From NCBI GenBank assembly GCA_035358035.1, contig DAOPOS010000008.1:7724-71723 (forward strand): a stretch of 64,000 nucleotides of DNA, in the 5' to 3' direction. Below the pieces are notes generated by a model. It made no database searches. It saw only the letters and a list, made by a program, of their open reading frames with translations, and was not told where the DNA came from. The stretch comes from Syntrophales bacterium (GTDB lineage: Bacteria; Desulfobacterota; Syntrophia; Syntrophales; UBA2251). The translations under genes were made by a program, and so were the position numbers. Within the stretch, counting starts at the first letter, position 1, and each line of letters starts with the position of its first letter. Shown here one piece after another: positions 1-9,854 of the stretch.

Positions 1-1312
1 GACCCGCGGAGACGGCCAGCGCCAGGGGGGCGATGAGATCCCCGGCCGCCTCGCCCGCGACCGCGGCGCCCGCGAGGGTCCCCCGGTGGAAGAGCAGTTT
101 GGCGAAACCCGTGGGGACGAGCTCCGCGCGGGCCATGATGTTTGCGGCGTAATCCGGCCGCACGATCTCGATCTCGAGCCCGCGGGCGGCGGCCTCCTGC
201 TCCGTGAGACCGACCCGGGCGATCGGAGGATGGGTGTAGATGACCACCGGCGCCGCCCGCTCGTCGCAGGAGATCGTGCCGGCGCCGAAGAGGCGATCGG
301 CCAGGGCGCGCCCCTGCTGCATCGCCCGATGGGCGAGCATCATCCCGCCGGTGACGTCCCCGACGGCCTGGATGCCCGGCACCGTCGTCTGCTGGCGGGC
401 GTCGACCCGGATGCCCTGGGGGCCGTAATCGATTCCCAGGCGCTGGAGGGCCTCTTCGTCCAGGCTGGGTCTGCGCCCCGCGGCGAGCAGGACGCAGTCC
501 CCCCGCCATTGAAGCGCCTGTCTTTCCCCGTCCCCGGCCGCAGACGGCCCTTCCGCCGGTGCGGCGGTCAGCGCCACCCCGTCTTCGCCCTCCTCGATTG
601 CCGTCATCCGGACGCCCGTGCGGATCTCGACGCCGAGACGCTTCAGCTCCTGCGCGAGAAATCCTCCCAGATCCGGATCCTCCGCCGGAATCAGGCGGTC
701 CAGGAGTTCCCAGAGCGTCACCCGGCTGCCCAGCTCGGCCAGGAGCGTCGCGAACTCCACCCCGATCACGCTGCCGCCGACGATGGCGATGCGCTCGGGC
801 ACATGCGTAAGGGCGAGGAGGCCGTCTGAGGTGAGGATGCGCGCCGAAGCGGCGAAACCGGCCGGGAGCAGGGGCGACGAACCCCAGGCGAGGCAGATGT
901 TTTTTGCATGCAGCGTTTCGCGGCGGCCGTCCGCCGCGACGCAGTCGACCTCGCCCGGGGCGCGCAGGCGTCCCTCGCCCTCCCTGAGCACCACGCCGGC
1001 GGCCTCGAGCGACTTGCGGACGCCCAGGGCGGAGATCCGGACCAGTTGCCCCTGGTGGCGCTTCATGGCGGCGAAGTCGAAGGAGGCCTCGCCGATCCCG
1101 ATCCCCAGGCGCCCGAGGCGCTTCAGTGCGGCGTAATGGCCGCTGCAGGCGAGCAGCGCCTTCGTCGGGATGCAGCCCCGGTGGGTGCAGGTCCCGCCCC
1201 ATCCGTCCCGCTCGATCGCGCAGACCCGCGCCCCGAGGCGCGCCGCCGTCTCAGCCGCGGCGTGGCCTCCGGGCCCCCCGCCGATCACGATCAGATCGAA
1301 CCGTTCCTCCAT
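1..1312 (-). CDS. lpdA: Dihydrolipoamide dehydrogenase (E3 / GCS L protein); 3' end cut by window start
   Basis: Manual translation from ATG at 1312: MEERFDLIVIGGGPGGHAAA...GGTCTHRGCIPTKALL (FAD GxGxxG plus redox CxxxxC), later IAIVGGSVIGVEFA and AVGDVTGGMMLAH. Frame stays open to the edge, which explains its absence from the ORF track. Confidence 0.88.
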   Translation of the reverse strand, partial: MEERFDLIVIGGGPGGHAAAETAARLGARVCAIERDGWGGTCTHRGCIPTKALLACSGHYAALKRLGRLGIGIGEASFDFAAMKRHQGQLVRISALGVRKSLEAAGVVLREGEGRLRAPGEVDCVAADGRRETLHAKNICLAWGSSPLLPAGFAASARILTSDGLLALTHVPERIAIVGGSVIGVEFATLLAELGSRVTLWELLDRLIPAEDPDLGGFLAQELKRLGVEIRTGVRMTAIEEGEDGVALTAAPAEGPSAAGDGERQALQWRGDCVLLAAGRRPSLDEEALQRLGIDYGPQGIRVDARQQTTVPGIQAVGDVTGGMMLAHRAMQQGRALADRLFGAGTISCDERAAPVVIYTHPPIARVGLTEQEAAARGLEIEIVRPDYAANIMARAELVPTGFAKLLFHRGTLAGAAVAGEAAGDLIAPLALAVSAG

Positions 1313-1383
1313 GCGACCCGTTCCCTGAGCGCGGCGGATGACCGAATGCCCGCCCGCGCGAAGATCCGGCCTGCCGGCGGATC

Positions 1384-1887
1384 CTACCCCGGCGCGCCGG
1401 GCTCCATTTCGCTGACGGTCACCCGCTCCATGCAGTCGCCCTGGCGGATGGCGTCCACGACCGTCTGTCCGCTTACGACCTTTCCGAACACGGTGTGCTT
1501 TCCGTCCAGGTGCGGCTGCGGGGAATGGGTGATGAAGAACTGGCTCCCGTTCGTGTCCGGTCCCGCGTTCGCCATCGAGATGACCTGGCTGTCGTGGCGG
1601 AGCGGGTTGCCCCGGCATTCGTCCTCGAAGCGGTATCCGGGTCCGCCCCGGCCCGTTCCCGTCGGATCGCCCCCCTGGATCACGAAATCCGCGATCACCC
1701 GGTGAAACGTCACGCCGTCGTAGAACCCCTCCCGGGCGAGAAAAACGAAGTTGTTGACGGTTTTGGGGGCATGCTCCGGGTAGAGCTCGAGCTCGATCGT
1801 GCCGCGACCCGTTTCCATCCGGATGCGATACCGCTTTTGGGGATCGATCAGCATCTCCGGTGGACGGTCCCACTGTTTTTCGGCCAT
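1384..1887 (-). CDS. Cyclophilin-type peptidyl-prolyl cis-trans isomerase
   Basis: C-terminal 167 aa of the 1384..4005 ORF: [49 protein letters not shown] at 1887 is preceded by AAGGAGG. Confidence 0.95.
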   Translation of the reverse strand: MAEKQWDRPPEMLIDPQKRYRIRMETGRGTIELELYPEHAPKTVNNFVFLAREGFYDGVTFHRVIADFVIQGGDPTGTGRGGPGYRFEDECRGNPLRHDSQVISMANAGPDTNGSQFFITHSPQPHLDGKHTVFGKVVSGQTVVDAIRQGDCMERVTVSEMEPGAPG

Positions 1888-2487
1888 CTGGCGCCTCCTT
1901 CGCGTGTGGTTTGTGTGATGGATCCATCCGGGTTGTCCGGGCGGATAGACTCCCTTATCAAATGGGGGGCGGAATGCAAGGGGGAATTCACCCCGCCCGA
2001 GTGGGCGGGGGGATCGGAGGGACGGACGACAGTGCCCGCGAGGGGCATTCGCCCCGCGGGCGGGAAGGCGCCGCGAGCCGAATGCCGGGGGCGAGATCCT
2101 GGGCGGAATTCGTCCCACAGGCGGGGGCGCCGAAAGCCCTCCGGGGAAGGCCTGCGGGATCGCCGCCTTCGGATCAGGCGGGATCGGGGTTTGAAGGGGG
2201 TGGGAATCCAGTCTGTTTTCTGATAAAAGAGCTTTGGGAATCCGGCCCCTCAACATCAATCCCGACGAGCGCGTGCGGGACGGGGGCCGGACACGGAGCG
2301 TCAACCGCGGCACGGCAAAGGTCCGGTGCGCCTGTGGGGAGCGTCCCCTTTTCATGACCCTGCCTCCGATTTTTGCGTGCATCCCGCGCGCGGGATGGCA
2401 TCTCCGGGGGCGCAGGGGGTTTCGTCGGGACACCGGGATTTGTCCCGGTGATCGGGGGCACAGGATGAATTTTCCGGGGGGAGTGCG

Positions 2488-3999
2488 GTGAGTCGCGGGA
2501 AAGGGATCAGGGGGGCGATGCGGCTGCTGCTGGCGGTCGCCCTGCTGTTGGCGGCGGCCTCTCCCGCCTCCGCCCAGCGGCTGGAGGAGGCGGTCCGGGA
2601 GCACACGCTCGCGAACGGGATGAAGCTCCTGATGGTGGAGCGCCACGCCTCGCCGACGGTCTCGGCCTGGATCCGCTACCGCGTGGGAAGCGCGGACGAG
2701 CGCAGCGACGAACGGGGCGTTGCCCACCTCCTGGAGCACATGCTCTTCAAGGGGACGAAGACCCTGGGAACGAAGGACTACGCCGCGGAAAAGCCGCTCC
2801 TGGACCGGATCGAGGCGACGGCCCAAGAACTCGTCGCGGAAAGGGCCCGGCGCGCGAAGGGCGACCGGGAACGGATCGCCCGCCTGGAGGAGGAGCTGGC
2901 CGCGCTCGAAAAGGCGGCGGCGCAGTACGCGGTCCGGGAGGAATTCTTCGAGATCTACGCCCGGAACGGCGGCACGGACTACAACGCGTTCACGGGCAAG
3001 GACGGCACGACCTATCTGGTCAGCCTGCCCGCCAACAAGCTGGAACTGTGGGCCGCCATCGAATCGGACCGGATGATGAACCCGGTGCTCCGCGAGTTCT
3101 ACAGCGAGCGGGCCGTGGTCATGGAGGAGCGGCGCCGGTCCTACGACACCCAGCCGGAGGGACAGCTCTGGGAAAATTTCCTGGCCGCCGCCTTCGTCGC
3201 CCACCCCTACGGCCAGCCGATCATCGGCTGGATGTCCGACCTGGAGAACCTGACCCGGACGCGGGCGGAGGCGTTCCTGCACCGGTACTACGCCCCCAAC
3301 AACGCCGTGGTGGCCGTGGTCGGAGACATCGACCCGGAGCGGACGATCGCCCTCGTGGAACGTTACTTCGGCGCCATCCCCCCCGGCGTCGACGTGCCGC
3401 CCGTGGCCGTGGACGAACCCCCTCAGGCCGGCGAGAAGCGGATCGACCTTCGCCTGGACTCCGAGTCCCACCTGCTGATCGGGTTCCACAAGCCGGTCTA
3501 TCCGGACCCCGATGACGACGTGTTCGACGTCATCGAGATGATCCTGGCGGAAGGCAAGACCTCGCGGCTGCACCGACGGCTCGTGCAGGAGCTCGAACTG
3601 GCCACGGAGGTGTCCGCCTTCTCCGCCCCCGGCCACCGCTATCCCAACCTGTTCGTCGTGGCCGCGACGCCGCGCAGCCCGCACACGCCGGCCGAGGTCG
3701 AACAGGCCGTCGGGCGGGAACTCGAGCGCCTCATGACCGAGCCGGTCACGGAGCGGGAACTCCAGCAGGTCCTGAACCGCCTGGAATACGAGGAGGTCGT
3801 CCGGATGTTCTCCAACAGCGGCCTGGCCCACCTCCTGACCGAGTACGAGGCGGTGACGGGGAGCTGGCGCTGTCTGATCGAGCATCGCCGGCGGGTTGCC
3901 GCGGTCACGCCCGCGGACGTGATGCGTGTGGCGAAAGCCCGCTTCACGAGAGAAAACCGGACCGTGGGAACGATCGTGAGAAAGGGGGCGGCGCCGTGA
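2488..3999 (+). CDS. M16 family (insulinase/pitrilysin) zinc peptidase, catalytic subunit, exported
   Basis: Inverted zinc motif HLLEH ([14 protein letters not shown]), YNAFT, distal Glu in ERAVVMEE; signal-peptide-like [17 protein letters not shown]. True start may be ATG 2518. Confidence 0.92.
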   Translation: MSRGKGIRGAMRLLLAVALLLAAASPASAQRLEEAVREHTLANGMKLLMVERHASPTVSAWIRYRVGSADERSDERGVAHLLEHMLFKGTKTLGTKDYAAEKPLLDRIEATAQELVAERARRAKGDRERIARLEEELAALEKAAAQYAVREEFFEIYARNGGTDYNAFTGKDGTTYLVSLPANKLELWAAIESDRMMNPVLREFYSERAVVMEERRRSYDTQPEGQLWENFLAAAFVAHPYGQPIIGWMSDLENLTRTRAEAFLHRYYAPNNAVVAVVGDIDPERTIALVERYFGAIPPGVDVPPVAVDEPPQAGEKRIDLRLDSESHLLIGFHKPVYPDPDDDVFDVIEMILAEGKTSRLHRRLVQELELATEVSAFSAPGHRYPNLFVVAATPRSPHTPAEVEQAVGRELERLMTEPVTERELQQVLNRLEYEEVVRMFSNSGLAHLLTEYEAVTGSWRCLIEHRRRVAAVTPADVMRVAKARFTRENRTVGTIVRKGAAP

Positions 4000-5426
4000 A
4001 GACAAATCTCAGACGAGCCCTGGCGCTGGTCGTCGTCGGGATCCTGTTCGCCGCCGCGCCGCTTGGGGCCGCGCCGCCCGTCGATCCCCGGACCCTGACC
4101 TTTCCGCCCCTGACGTACGATATCCCGGTGCCGGAACGGTTTGTCCTGGACAACGGGATGACGGTCCTCCTCATGACGGACCGCGCGTTGCCGCTGATCC
4201 AGACCACCGCCTACGTCGGCGTCGGCGCCGTCTATGAGCCGGCCGACCGGTGCGGCCTGGCGGCGCTCACCGGCGCCATGATCCGGCGCGGCGGCTTCGC
4301 GGGAAAAACGCCCGAGGCGCTCGACGCCGAGCTGGAGTTCATGGCCTCCGCGGTGGAATCCGCCATCGGTGACGACCTGGGGACCGTTTCCCTGAGAACG
4401 CTGCGCAAGAACTTCGAGGCCACGCTGGGGCTCTTCGCCGGGGTGATAAGAAGCCCCGCCTTCGACGCCCGCCGTCTCGACCAGACCGTCAAGGAGGCCC
4501 TGGAGACGCTCCGCCGGCAGAACGACGATCCGCAGGAGCTGGCGGACCGGGAGCTTTTGCGGGCCATCTATCACGGCCATCCCCTCGGCCGCACCCCCAC
4601 CCCCGCCACCCTCCGGGCGATCGAACGGGAGGACCTCGTCGCGTTCCACCGGCGGTACTTCCGGCCCAACAACGTCCTGCTCGCGGTCTCCGGCGACATC
4701 GACCGCACGGAGCTGGAAGCCCGGCTGAAGTCCGCCTTCGAAGGCTGGGAGCCCGCGCCGGTCGACTTTCCGACCGTTCCGTGGCCGGACATGACCCTGC
4801 GGCCGGCCATGCTCTACGTGAAGAAGGACCTTGCCCAGTCGGTGATCCGCATGGGGCATCTCGGCGTCACGAAGGACAACCCGGACCTCTACGCCCTCCG
4901 GGTCATGGACTTCATCTTGGGCGGGGGCGGGCTCAACTCCCGGCTCATGGGAGAAATCCGCGCCAATCAGGGGCTGGCCTACAACGTCGCCGGCTACTTC
5001 GAGATCGGCCGGAGATTCCCCGGGCCGTTCCTCGCCGAGACCGAGACCAAGGCGGCATCCACCGGACGGGCCATCGCCCTGATGCTCGACATCATGGACG
5101 GCATCCGGAAGGCGCCGGTCACGGAGGCCGAGCTGACGCTTGCGAAGGAGTCCATCGTCAACGCCTTCATCTTCGGCTTCGCCAACGCCGAGCGCGTGGT
5201 CAACCAGCGGGCGCGCATCGTCTATTACGGGTATCCCGACCGGTATCTCGAGGACTACCGCGCGAACATCGCGAAGGTGACGCAGGCGGACGTCCTGAGG
5301 GTGGCCCGCCGGTATCTCCATCCGGAGAAGCTCATCAAGGTCGTGGTGGGGGACGCGGCCGGATTCGACCGGCCCCTTTCGGCTTTCGGGGCGGTCCGGG
5401 AGATCCGGCCGGAGGTGTGGAACTGA
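3996..5426 (+). CDS. M16 family peptidase partner subunit (no HxxEH), exported
   Basis: GTGA overlap with the upstream M16 gene; signal peptide; [28 protein letters not shown]; zinc motif absent, as in heterodimeric M16B pairs. Confidence 0.88.
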   Translation: MKTNLRRALALVVVGILFAAAPLGAAPPVDPRTLTFPPLTYDIPVPERFVLDNGMTVLLMTDRALPLIQTTAYVGVGAVYEPADRCGLAALTGAMIRRGGFAGKTPEALDAELEFMASAVESAIGDDLGTVSLRTLRKNFEATLGLFAGVIRSPAFDARRLDQTVKEALETLRRQNDDPQELADRELLRAIYHGHPLGRTPTPATLRAIEREDLVAFHRRYFRPNNVLLAVSGDIDRTELEARLKSAFEGWEPAPVDFPTVPWPDMTLRPAMLYVKKDLAQSVIRMGHLGVTKDNPDLYALRVMDFILGGGGLNSRLMGEIRANQGLAYNVAGYFEIGRRFPGPFLAETETKAASTGRAIALMLDIMDGIRKAPVTEAELTLAKESIVNAFIFGFANAERVVNQRARIVYYGYPDRYLEDYRANIAKVTQADVLRVARRYLHPEKLIKVVVGDAAGFDRPLSAFGAVREIRPEVWN

Positions 5427-5442
5427 CGCGTTCTAACCGGGA

Positions 5443-6492
5443 TCAGAAAAATTTCGCCGCCAGGTCGGTGGAGGATTTCCGGCCGATTTCGTCGTAGTGG
5501 TTCGCGAGGAATTCCCCGGTCTTTTCCCGTCCGGTCTCGAACAGGTATTTCAGGAAATCCATGTCCAGGTTCATCTTGCTCGAGGCCGTCAGCTTGGACA
5601 TCTGTTCCTCGGCATCGATGGTGTGGATGAACGTGTGCTTGTATTTGGTCGCATCCAGCTCCCCCTTTTCGATCAGGGACGTCACGAAATGGATGGCCCT
5701 CATCTCGCGCATGAGGCTGGAGTTGAAGCTCAGGGTGTTGATCCGGTCGAAGATGGCGTTGGCGCTCCGGGGCACCTCGTGAATGTTGATTGGATTGATC
5801 TGGACGATCAGGACGTCCTGGCAGTTCGTGTTGTAGATCACGGGAAAGATGGGCGGATTGCCCATATACCCGCCGTCCCAGTAGTACTCCCCGTCGATTT
5901 CGGGCGCCTGGTACAGGTAGGGCAGGCAGGCGGAGGCCAGGATCATCTTCGGCGTGATCTCCCGGTTTTCGAAGACCTTCAGCCGCCCGGTCAGAACGTT
6001 GGTCGCGCAGATGAACAGCCGGACGGTGCGCGCCTTCTGCAGGACCGGAAAGTCGATCAGCTCCTCGAGGATGTCCCGGAAGACGTTCGTGTCGTTGGGA
6101 TTCCACTGATAAGGGGAGTACATGCGCGAGAGGATATCGAAGGTCTGCCACCAGGGGGAGAATTCCATCGATCCCTTGCTGCCGTAGAGCTTGTCGAAAA
6201 CGGTCGGTTGAAACGGGGAGGACTTCCCGTTTTTTGAATTAAATTCCCAAAAACGGCGCAGCAGCTCCCGCGCTTTCTTGCGTCCGCCCGCGACCAGCCC
6301 GTAGGCGAGAATGGAGGCGTTCACGGCGCCGGCGCTGGTGCCGACGATGCCTTCGATCTCGATGCGCTCGTCATCGAGCAGGCGGTCCAGAACGCCCCAG
6401 GTGAAGGCGCCGTGGGCGCCCCCGCCCTGCAGTGCGAGGTTGATCTTTTTCGTTTCGGCGTGAGCGGTCGTCCGTGCGGGGTTCTTCTTCAT
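5443..6492 (-). CDS. Patatin-like phospholipase/esterase; candidate PHA depolymerase
   Basis: LALQGGGAHGA oxyanion loop, GTSAG nucleophile elbow, DGGY catalytic Asp. The depolymerase role is inferred from context only. Confidence 0.88.
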   Translation of the reverse strand: MKKNPARTTAHAETKKINLALQGGGAHGAFTWGVLDRLLDDERIEIEGIVGTSAGAVNASILAYGLVAGGRKKARELLRRFWEFNSKNGKSSPFQPTVFDKLYGSKGSMEFSPWWQTFDILSRMYSPYQWNPNDTNVFRDILEELIDFPVLQKARTVRLFICATNVLTGRLKVFENREITPKMILASACLPYLYQAPEIDGEYYWDGGYMGNPPIFPVIYNTNCQDVLIVQINPINIHEVPRSANAIFDRINTLSFNSSLMREMRAIHFVTSLIEKGELDATKYKHTFIHTIDAEEQMSKLTASSKMNLDMDFLKYLFETGREKTGEFLANHYDEIGRKSSTDLAAKFF

Positions 6493-6524
6493 GGCGTTCG
6501 ATCCCGGGGTTGTTTTTGCCGCCC

Positions 6525-6553
6525 ACAGTAAGCGAAGGGCGTCGATTTGTCAA
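6525..6553 (-). promoter_or_regulatory. sigma70-type promoter of the patatin gene
   Basis: Minus strand TTGACA (6553-6548), 17 nt spacer, TACTGT (6530-6525), 32 nt upstream of the ATG. Confidence 0.7.
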
Positions 6554-6594
6554 GGATGAAGGCAGGATAACGGCCATCCGCCGATGCGCCGCCC

Positions 6595-8574
6595 CTACAC
6601 GTCGATCTCCTCGCGCGCCTCTTCCGGCGTTTCGTAGATGTGGGGCGACATGCCCCTTTCGTTCAGCTTGTCCCCCAGCTTCATGCGCAGGAAGGCCCCC
6701 GTGGAATAACGGCTGACCTTCTCGTAATACTTGCCGACGACGTAGCTGACCATTTCCGTGTAGTAGTCGACCAGCTCCGGGCTGAGATCGAAATTGTCGT
6801 AGTTCACGATGGTGCGGACCTTCTTGCCCAGGGGCTCCATGACGGCGGACACCGCCGCGCGGATCTCGTCGATCTGCTCCCGGCTCCGGATCGCCAGGCC
6901 CTCGAAATTGACGAAGAAGAGGTTGTCTTCCGGCTGGTAGCGCAGGCGGTTCACGATCGGGATGTCCAGGAGGTCCTTCTTGAGCTCCATGGGCACGGGC
7001 TTGAACAGGCGGCGGTCCATCAGGCGGGGGGCCTGGCGGATGACGGGCTTGAAGTCCATCTGCCCCACGATGTCCCGCTCCACATCGATGCCCGGCGCCA
7101 CCTCGATGAGCTCCAGGCCTTCGGGCGTCAGCCTGAAGACGCAGCGCTCCGTGACGTAGAGAACGTACTTTCGGTCCGCCGCGGCCACGGTGCCGGAGAA
7201 GGTGACTTCCTCCACCCGCTTGACGAACTTCCGCACCTTCCCCTCCTGGACGATCTTCAGCTCGCCGTCGCGGACGTCGATCTTCAGGCCGCCGGCGGTG
7301 AAGGTCCCCATGAAGACGACCTTCCGGGCGTTCTGGCTGATGTCGATAAAGCCCCCGCACCCGGCGATCCTGGGGCCGAAACGGCTGACGTTCAGGTTGC
7401 CCGCCTCGTCGGCCTCGGCCAGGCCCAGAAAGGCCACGTCCAGACCGCCACCGTCGTAGAAATCAAACTGGTGGCTCATGTTGATCAGGGCGTCCACGTT
7501 GACGGCGGCGCCGAAATCCCCGCCGCCGGCGGGCACGCCCCCGATAATGCCCGGTTCGGACGTCAGGGTCAGGTATTCCTGGATCCCCTCTTCCGCCGCC
7601 ACGCTGGAGATGGATTCCGGTACGCCGATGCCCAGGTTGACGATGCTGTTGGGCTTGAGCTCGAACGCGGCCCGGCGGGCGATGATCTTGCGCTCGTTCA
7701 GGGGAATGGGGGGCACCAGGGCCACGGGGATCCGGTATTGATGGGCGTAGGCCGGATTGTAGAGGGTGGCCGCCGTCTGGCGGTGGCGCTCCGCGTTCGT
7801 GACGACGGCGACGCAGTCCACGAGGGCACCGGGGATGATCACGCTGCGCATCGGCAGCGCGCCCCGCTCGGCAAGGCCCTCGACCTGAACCAGGACGAAA
7901 CCGCCGCAGTTCTTCGCCGCCGTGGCGAGGGAGAGGGCGTCCAGATACAGGGGCTCCTTCTCGAAGCCGATGTTGCCCTCGAGATCGGCGGTCGTTGCCT
8001 TGATGATGGCGATGTTGAGCCTGGGAGGTTTGTAGGCGAGATATTCCTGGCCGTCGAAGGCGATCACCTCCACGAGGTCCTCCCGCGTGATCGCGTTGAG
8101 CTTTCCTCCGCCGCACCGGGGATCCACGAAGGTTCCCAGCCCGACCTTGGTGATCGTCCGGGGGCGGCCGCCGGCGATGTCCCGGATCATGACCGAGAGG
8201 ACGCCCTGCGGCAGGTTGTAGCCTTCGATTTTCCCGTCCAGGGCCAGCTGGGTGAGCTTGGGGGTCTTGCCGAAATGACCGCCGATGACCTTTTTGACCA
8301 GGCCCTCGTGCGCAAGGTGCTGCAGGCCCATCTCCTTGCCGTCTCCCAGGGTGGAGGCGTAGAAGAACGTGAGGTCCCGGGGATGGCCCGTTTCGAGAAA
8401 CTTCTTCTCCAGGGCGCAGATGATCTCGTCGGGACAGCCGATCCCGATGATGCCGTTGAAGCCGATCACATCGTTGTCCTGAATGAGATCGACGGCCTCC
8501 TCGATGCTGACGATCTTGCCTCTCCGCATGCCCGCGGTGAGGTCCCGGTGCAGGGGGTGCTGAATGTCCGGCAT
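6595..8574 (-). CDS. Family I acyl-CoA:acetate/3-ketoacid CoA-transferase (fused alpha/beta, YdiF/Pct-like) with extra C-terminal domain
   Basis: YNLPQG, TKVGLGTFVDPR, VNLGIGVPE, catalytic Glu in TSEPG, FYDGGGLD, GCGGFIDISQNA, YVTERCVF; about 120 extra aa at the C-terminus; RBS AGGAGG. Confidence 0.9.
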   Translation of the reverse strand: MPDIQHPLHRDLTAGMRRGKIVSIEEAVDLIQDNDVIGFNGIIGIGCPDEIICALEKKFLETGHPRDLTFFYASTLGDGKEMGLQHLAHEGLVKKVIGGHFGKTPKLTQLALDGKIEGYNLPQGVLSVMIRDIAGGRPRTITKVGLGTFVDPRCGGGKLNAITREDLVEVIAFDGQEYLAYKPPRLNIAIIKATTADLEGNIGFEKEPLYLDALSLATAAKNCGGFVLVQVEGLAERGALPMRSVIIPGALVDCVAVVTNAERHRQTAATLYNPAYAHQYRIPVALVPPIPLNERKIIARRAAFELKPNSIVNLGIGVPESISSVAAEEGIQEYLTLTSEPGIIGGVPAGGGDFGAAVNVDALINMSHQFDFYDGGGLDVAFLGLAEADEAGNLNVSRFGPRIAGCGGFIDISQNARKVVFMGTFTAGGLKIDVRDGELKIVQEGKVRKFVKRVEEVTFSGTVAAADRKYVLYVTERCVFRLTPEGLELIEVAPGIDVERDIVGQMDFKPVIRQAPRLMDRRLFKPVPMELKKDLLDIPIVNRLRYQPEDNLFFVNFEGLAIRSREQIDEIRAAVSAVMEPLGKKVRTIVNYDNFDLSPELVDYYTEMVSYVVGKYYEKVSRYSTGAFLRMKLGDKLNERGMSPHIYETPEEAREEIDV

Positions 8575-8628
8575 GGCCTCCTCCTTGAGGGATCTCCTGA
8601 AGCGATTTCTTTTCCCGGTCGGTGAGGA

Positions 8629-8657
8629 ACTATAAAAAGGTCGGCGGGGCTTGTCAA
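8629..8657 (-). promoter_or_regulatory. sigma70-type promoter of the CoA-transferase gene
   Basis: Minus strand TTGACA (8657-8652), 17 nt, TATAGT (8634-8629). Confidence 0.78.
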
Positions 8658-8736
8658 TCGAATATCGGTGCCCGTCCGGGACGACCTCCGGCGCCGGGGC
8701 GGGATCGTCTCCGGATCGTTTCGCCCCGGGAGGGGT

Positions 8737-9204
8737 TCAGGCCTTCCCCTTGCCGGCGGGTTTGTCCGTGTCGTGAAAGAGGTCGAAAAAGGACTGGAAG
8801 GCCGGGAGCGCCGCGATCGACGTCTGGGTCATCTTGGAGAGGTCCATCCCGAGGCTGAGCCATTTCCGGAACTGTTCGTCCGCCGCCAGCTTGTAGGAGA
8901 GGTAGTTCTTCAGCGTCTGCTCGAGATAGTGGTCGAAGAATTCGACCAGGACGGTTTCACCGTACTGAATGATCAGGTGCAGCAGGGGAACCGGCAGCAG
9001 GCTGTTTTTTTTCCTGGATTCCTCCAGGATGATCTGGGTGAGCGTGAAGGCCGTGACGTCTTCGGCGGTTTTTGCATCGACGACTTCCACGCGACGCCCC
9101 TGCCGGATGACCTGCATGACGTCGTCCAGGGTCACGTAGGCACTTCTCTCCGTGTCGTAGAGGCGTCTGTTGGTATATTTCTTCAAGCGCAGTTTTTCGG
9201 CCAT
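8737..9204 (-). CDS. phaR: PHA synthesis repressor PhaR family
   Basis: N-terminal KKYTNRRLYDTERSAYVTL and EDVTAFTLTQIILEE match the PhaR DNA-binding domain; lies within the pha cluster. Confidence 0.9.
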   Translation of the reverse strand: MAEKLRLKKYTNRRLYDTERSAYVTLDDVMQVIRQGRRVEVVDAKTAEDVTAFTLTQIILEESRKKNSLLPVPLLHLIIQYGETVLVEFFDHYLEQTLKNYLSYKLAADEQFRKWLSLGMDLSKMTQTSIAALPAFQSFFDLFHDTDKPAGKGKA

Positions 9205-9248
9205 CGTCCTTTTCCTTTCTCTTGGCGTTCATAGCGGAGAATCGGTTA

Positions 9249-9402
9249 CAATGCAACAAAAAAATATCGTCGGGCGAGAAAATATTTTCTGTCTCCGGAA
9301 CGATCAACTCATTTATCAACTTGATAATATGATGGATATTAAATTGTGTTCCTCTCGAATCCCAAGAGGAGATGTGGGAAATATTGTTATTGCAATGCAA
9401 CA
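9249..9402. promoter_or_regulatory. Candidate operator elements in the phaR/phasin divergent intergenic region
   Basis: CAATGCAACA at 9249-9258 and 9393-9402; palindromes AGAAAATATTTTCT (9277-9290) and TTATCAA-C-TTGATAA (9313-9327) in an AT-rich island. Confidence 0.5.
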
Positions 9403-9410
9403 TTTTCCGC

Positions 9411-9438
9411 TTGACAAATCTTTCGGGTGCGCTATATT
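9411..9438 (+). promoter_or_regulatory. sigma70-type promoter of the phasin-like genes
   Basis: TTGACA (9411-9416), 16 nt, TATATT (9433-9438). Confidence 0.7.
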
Positions 9439-9490
9439 AGGGCCGACGTTGGGCAGGAATGAAAAAAACGCAAAAAAGGAGGAAACAACA

Positions 9491-9784
9491 ATGGAACAGG
9501 AAAAGATTGCGAAGCAGATGATCGAATTTCACAAAACCACGTTCGACAACACCTTCAGTGCCGTGGAGATTCTCCAGGAGCAGACGGAAAAGATGGTCGG
9601 CATGTTTTTGGACCAGTCGCCGTGGTTCCCGGCTGAGGGGAAGCAGGCGGTCAACGAGTGGTTGAAGACCTACAAGGAAGGACGAGAAACGTTCAAGGAC
9701 AGCGTCAACGAAAGCTACAAGAAGGTGGAAGAATATCTGGGCGCCATCGAGAAGAAGGCCCCCAGGGCGAAGGCGGGCAAATAA
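9491..9784 (+). CDS. Small helical protein, phasin-like (paralog 1)
   Basis: 97 aa from ATG 9491 after AAGGAGG; amphipathic helical pattern; divergent from phaR; 44/83 identities by eye to the next ORF. CDS is solid, function is inferred. Confidence 0.7.
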   Translation: MEQEKIAKQMIEFHKTTFDNTFSAVEILQEQTEKMVGMFLDQSPWFPAEGKQAVNEWLKTYKEGRETFKDSVNESYKKVEEYLGAIEKKAPRAKAGK

Positions 9785-9854
9785 GATCGCGTAACGAACC
9801 TCCGCCCGGGAAGCGATGGCCGGAGGGGGGCAAAAACGGTGAAAGGAGAATGAC

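Noticed and set aside
1888-4005. N-terminal 706 aa of the 873-aa ORF 1384..4005
   Set aside because: Antisense to the M16 gene; the real cyclophilin starts at ATG 1887 with a strong RBS.
9170-9490. N-terminal extension of ORF 9170..9784
   Set aside because: It runs through the AT-rich promoter island and overlaps phaR; RBS and paralog alignment place the start at 9491.
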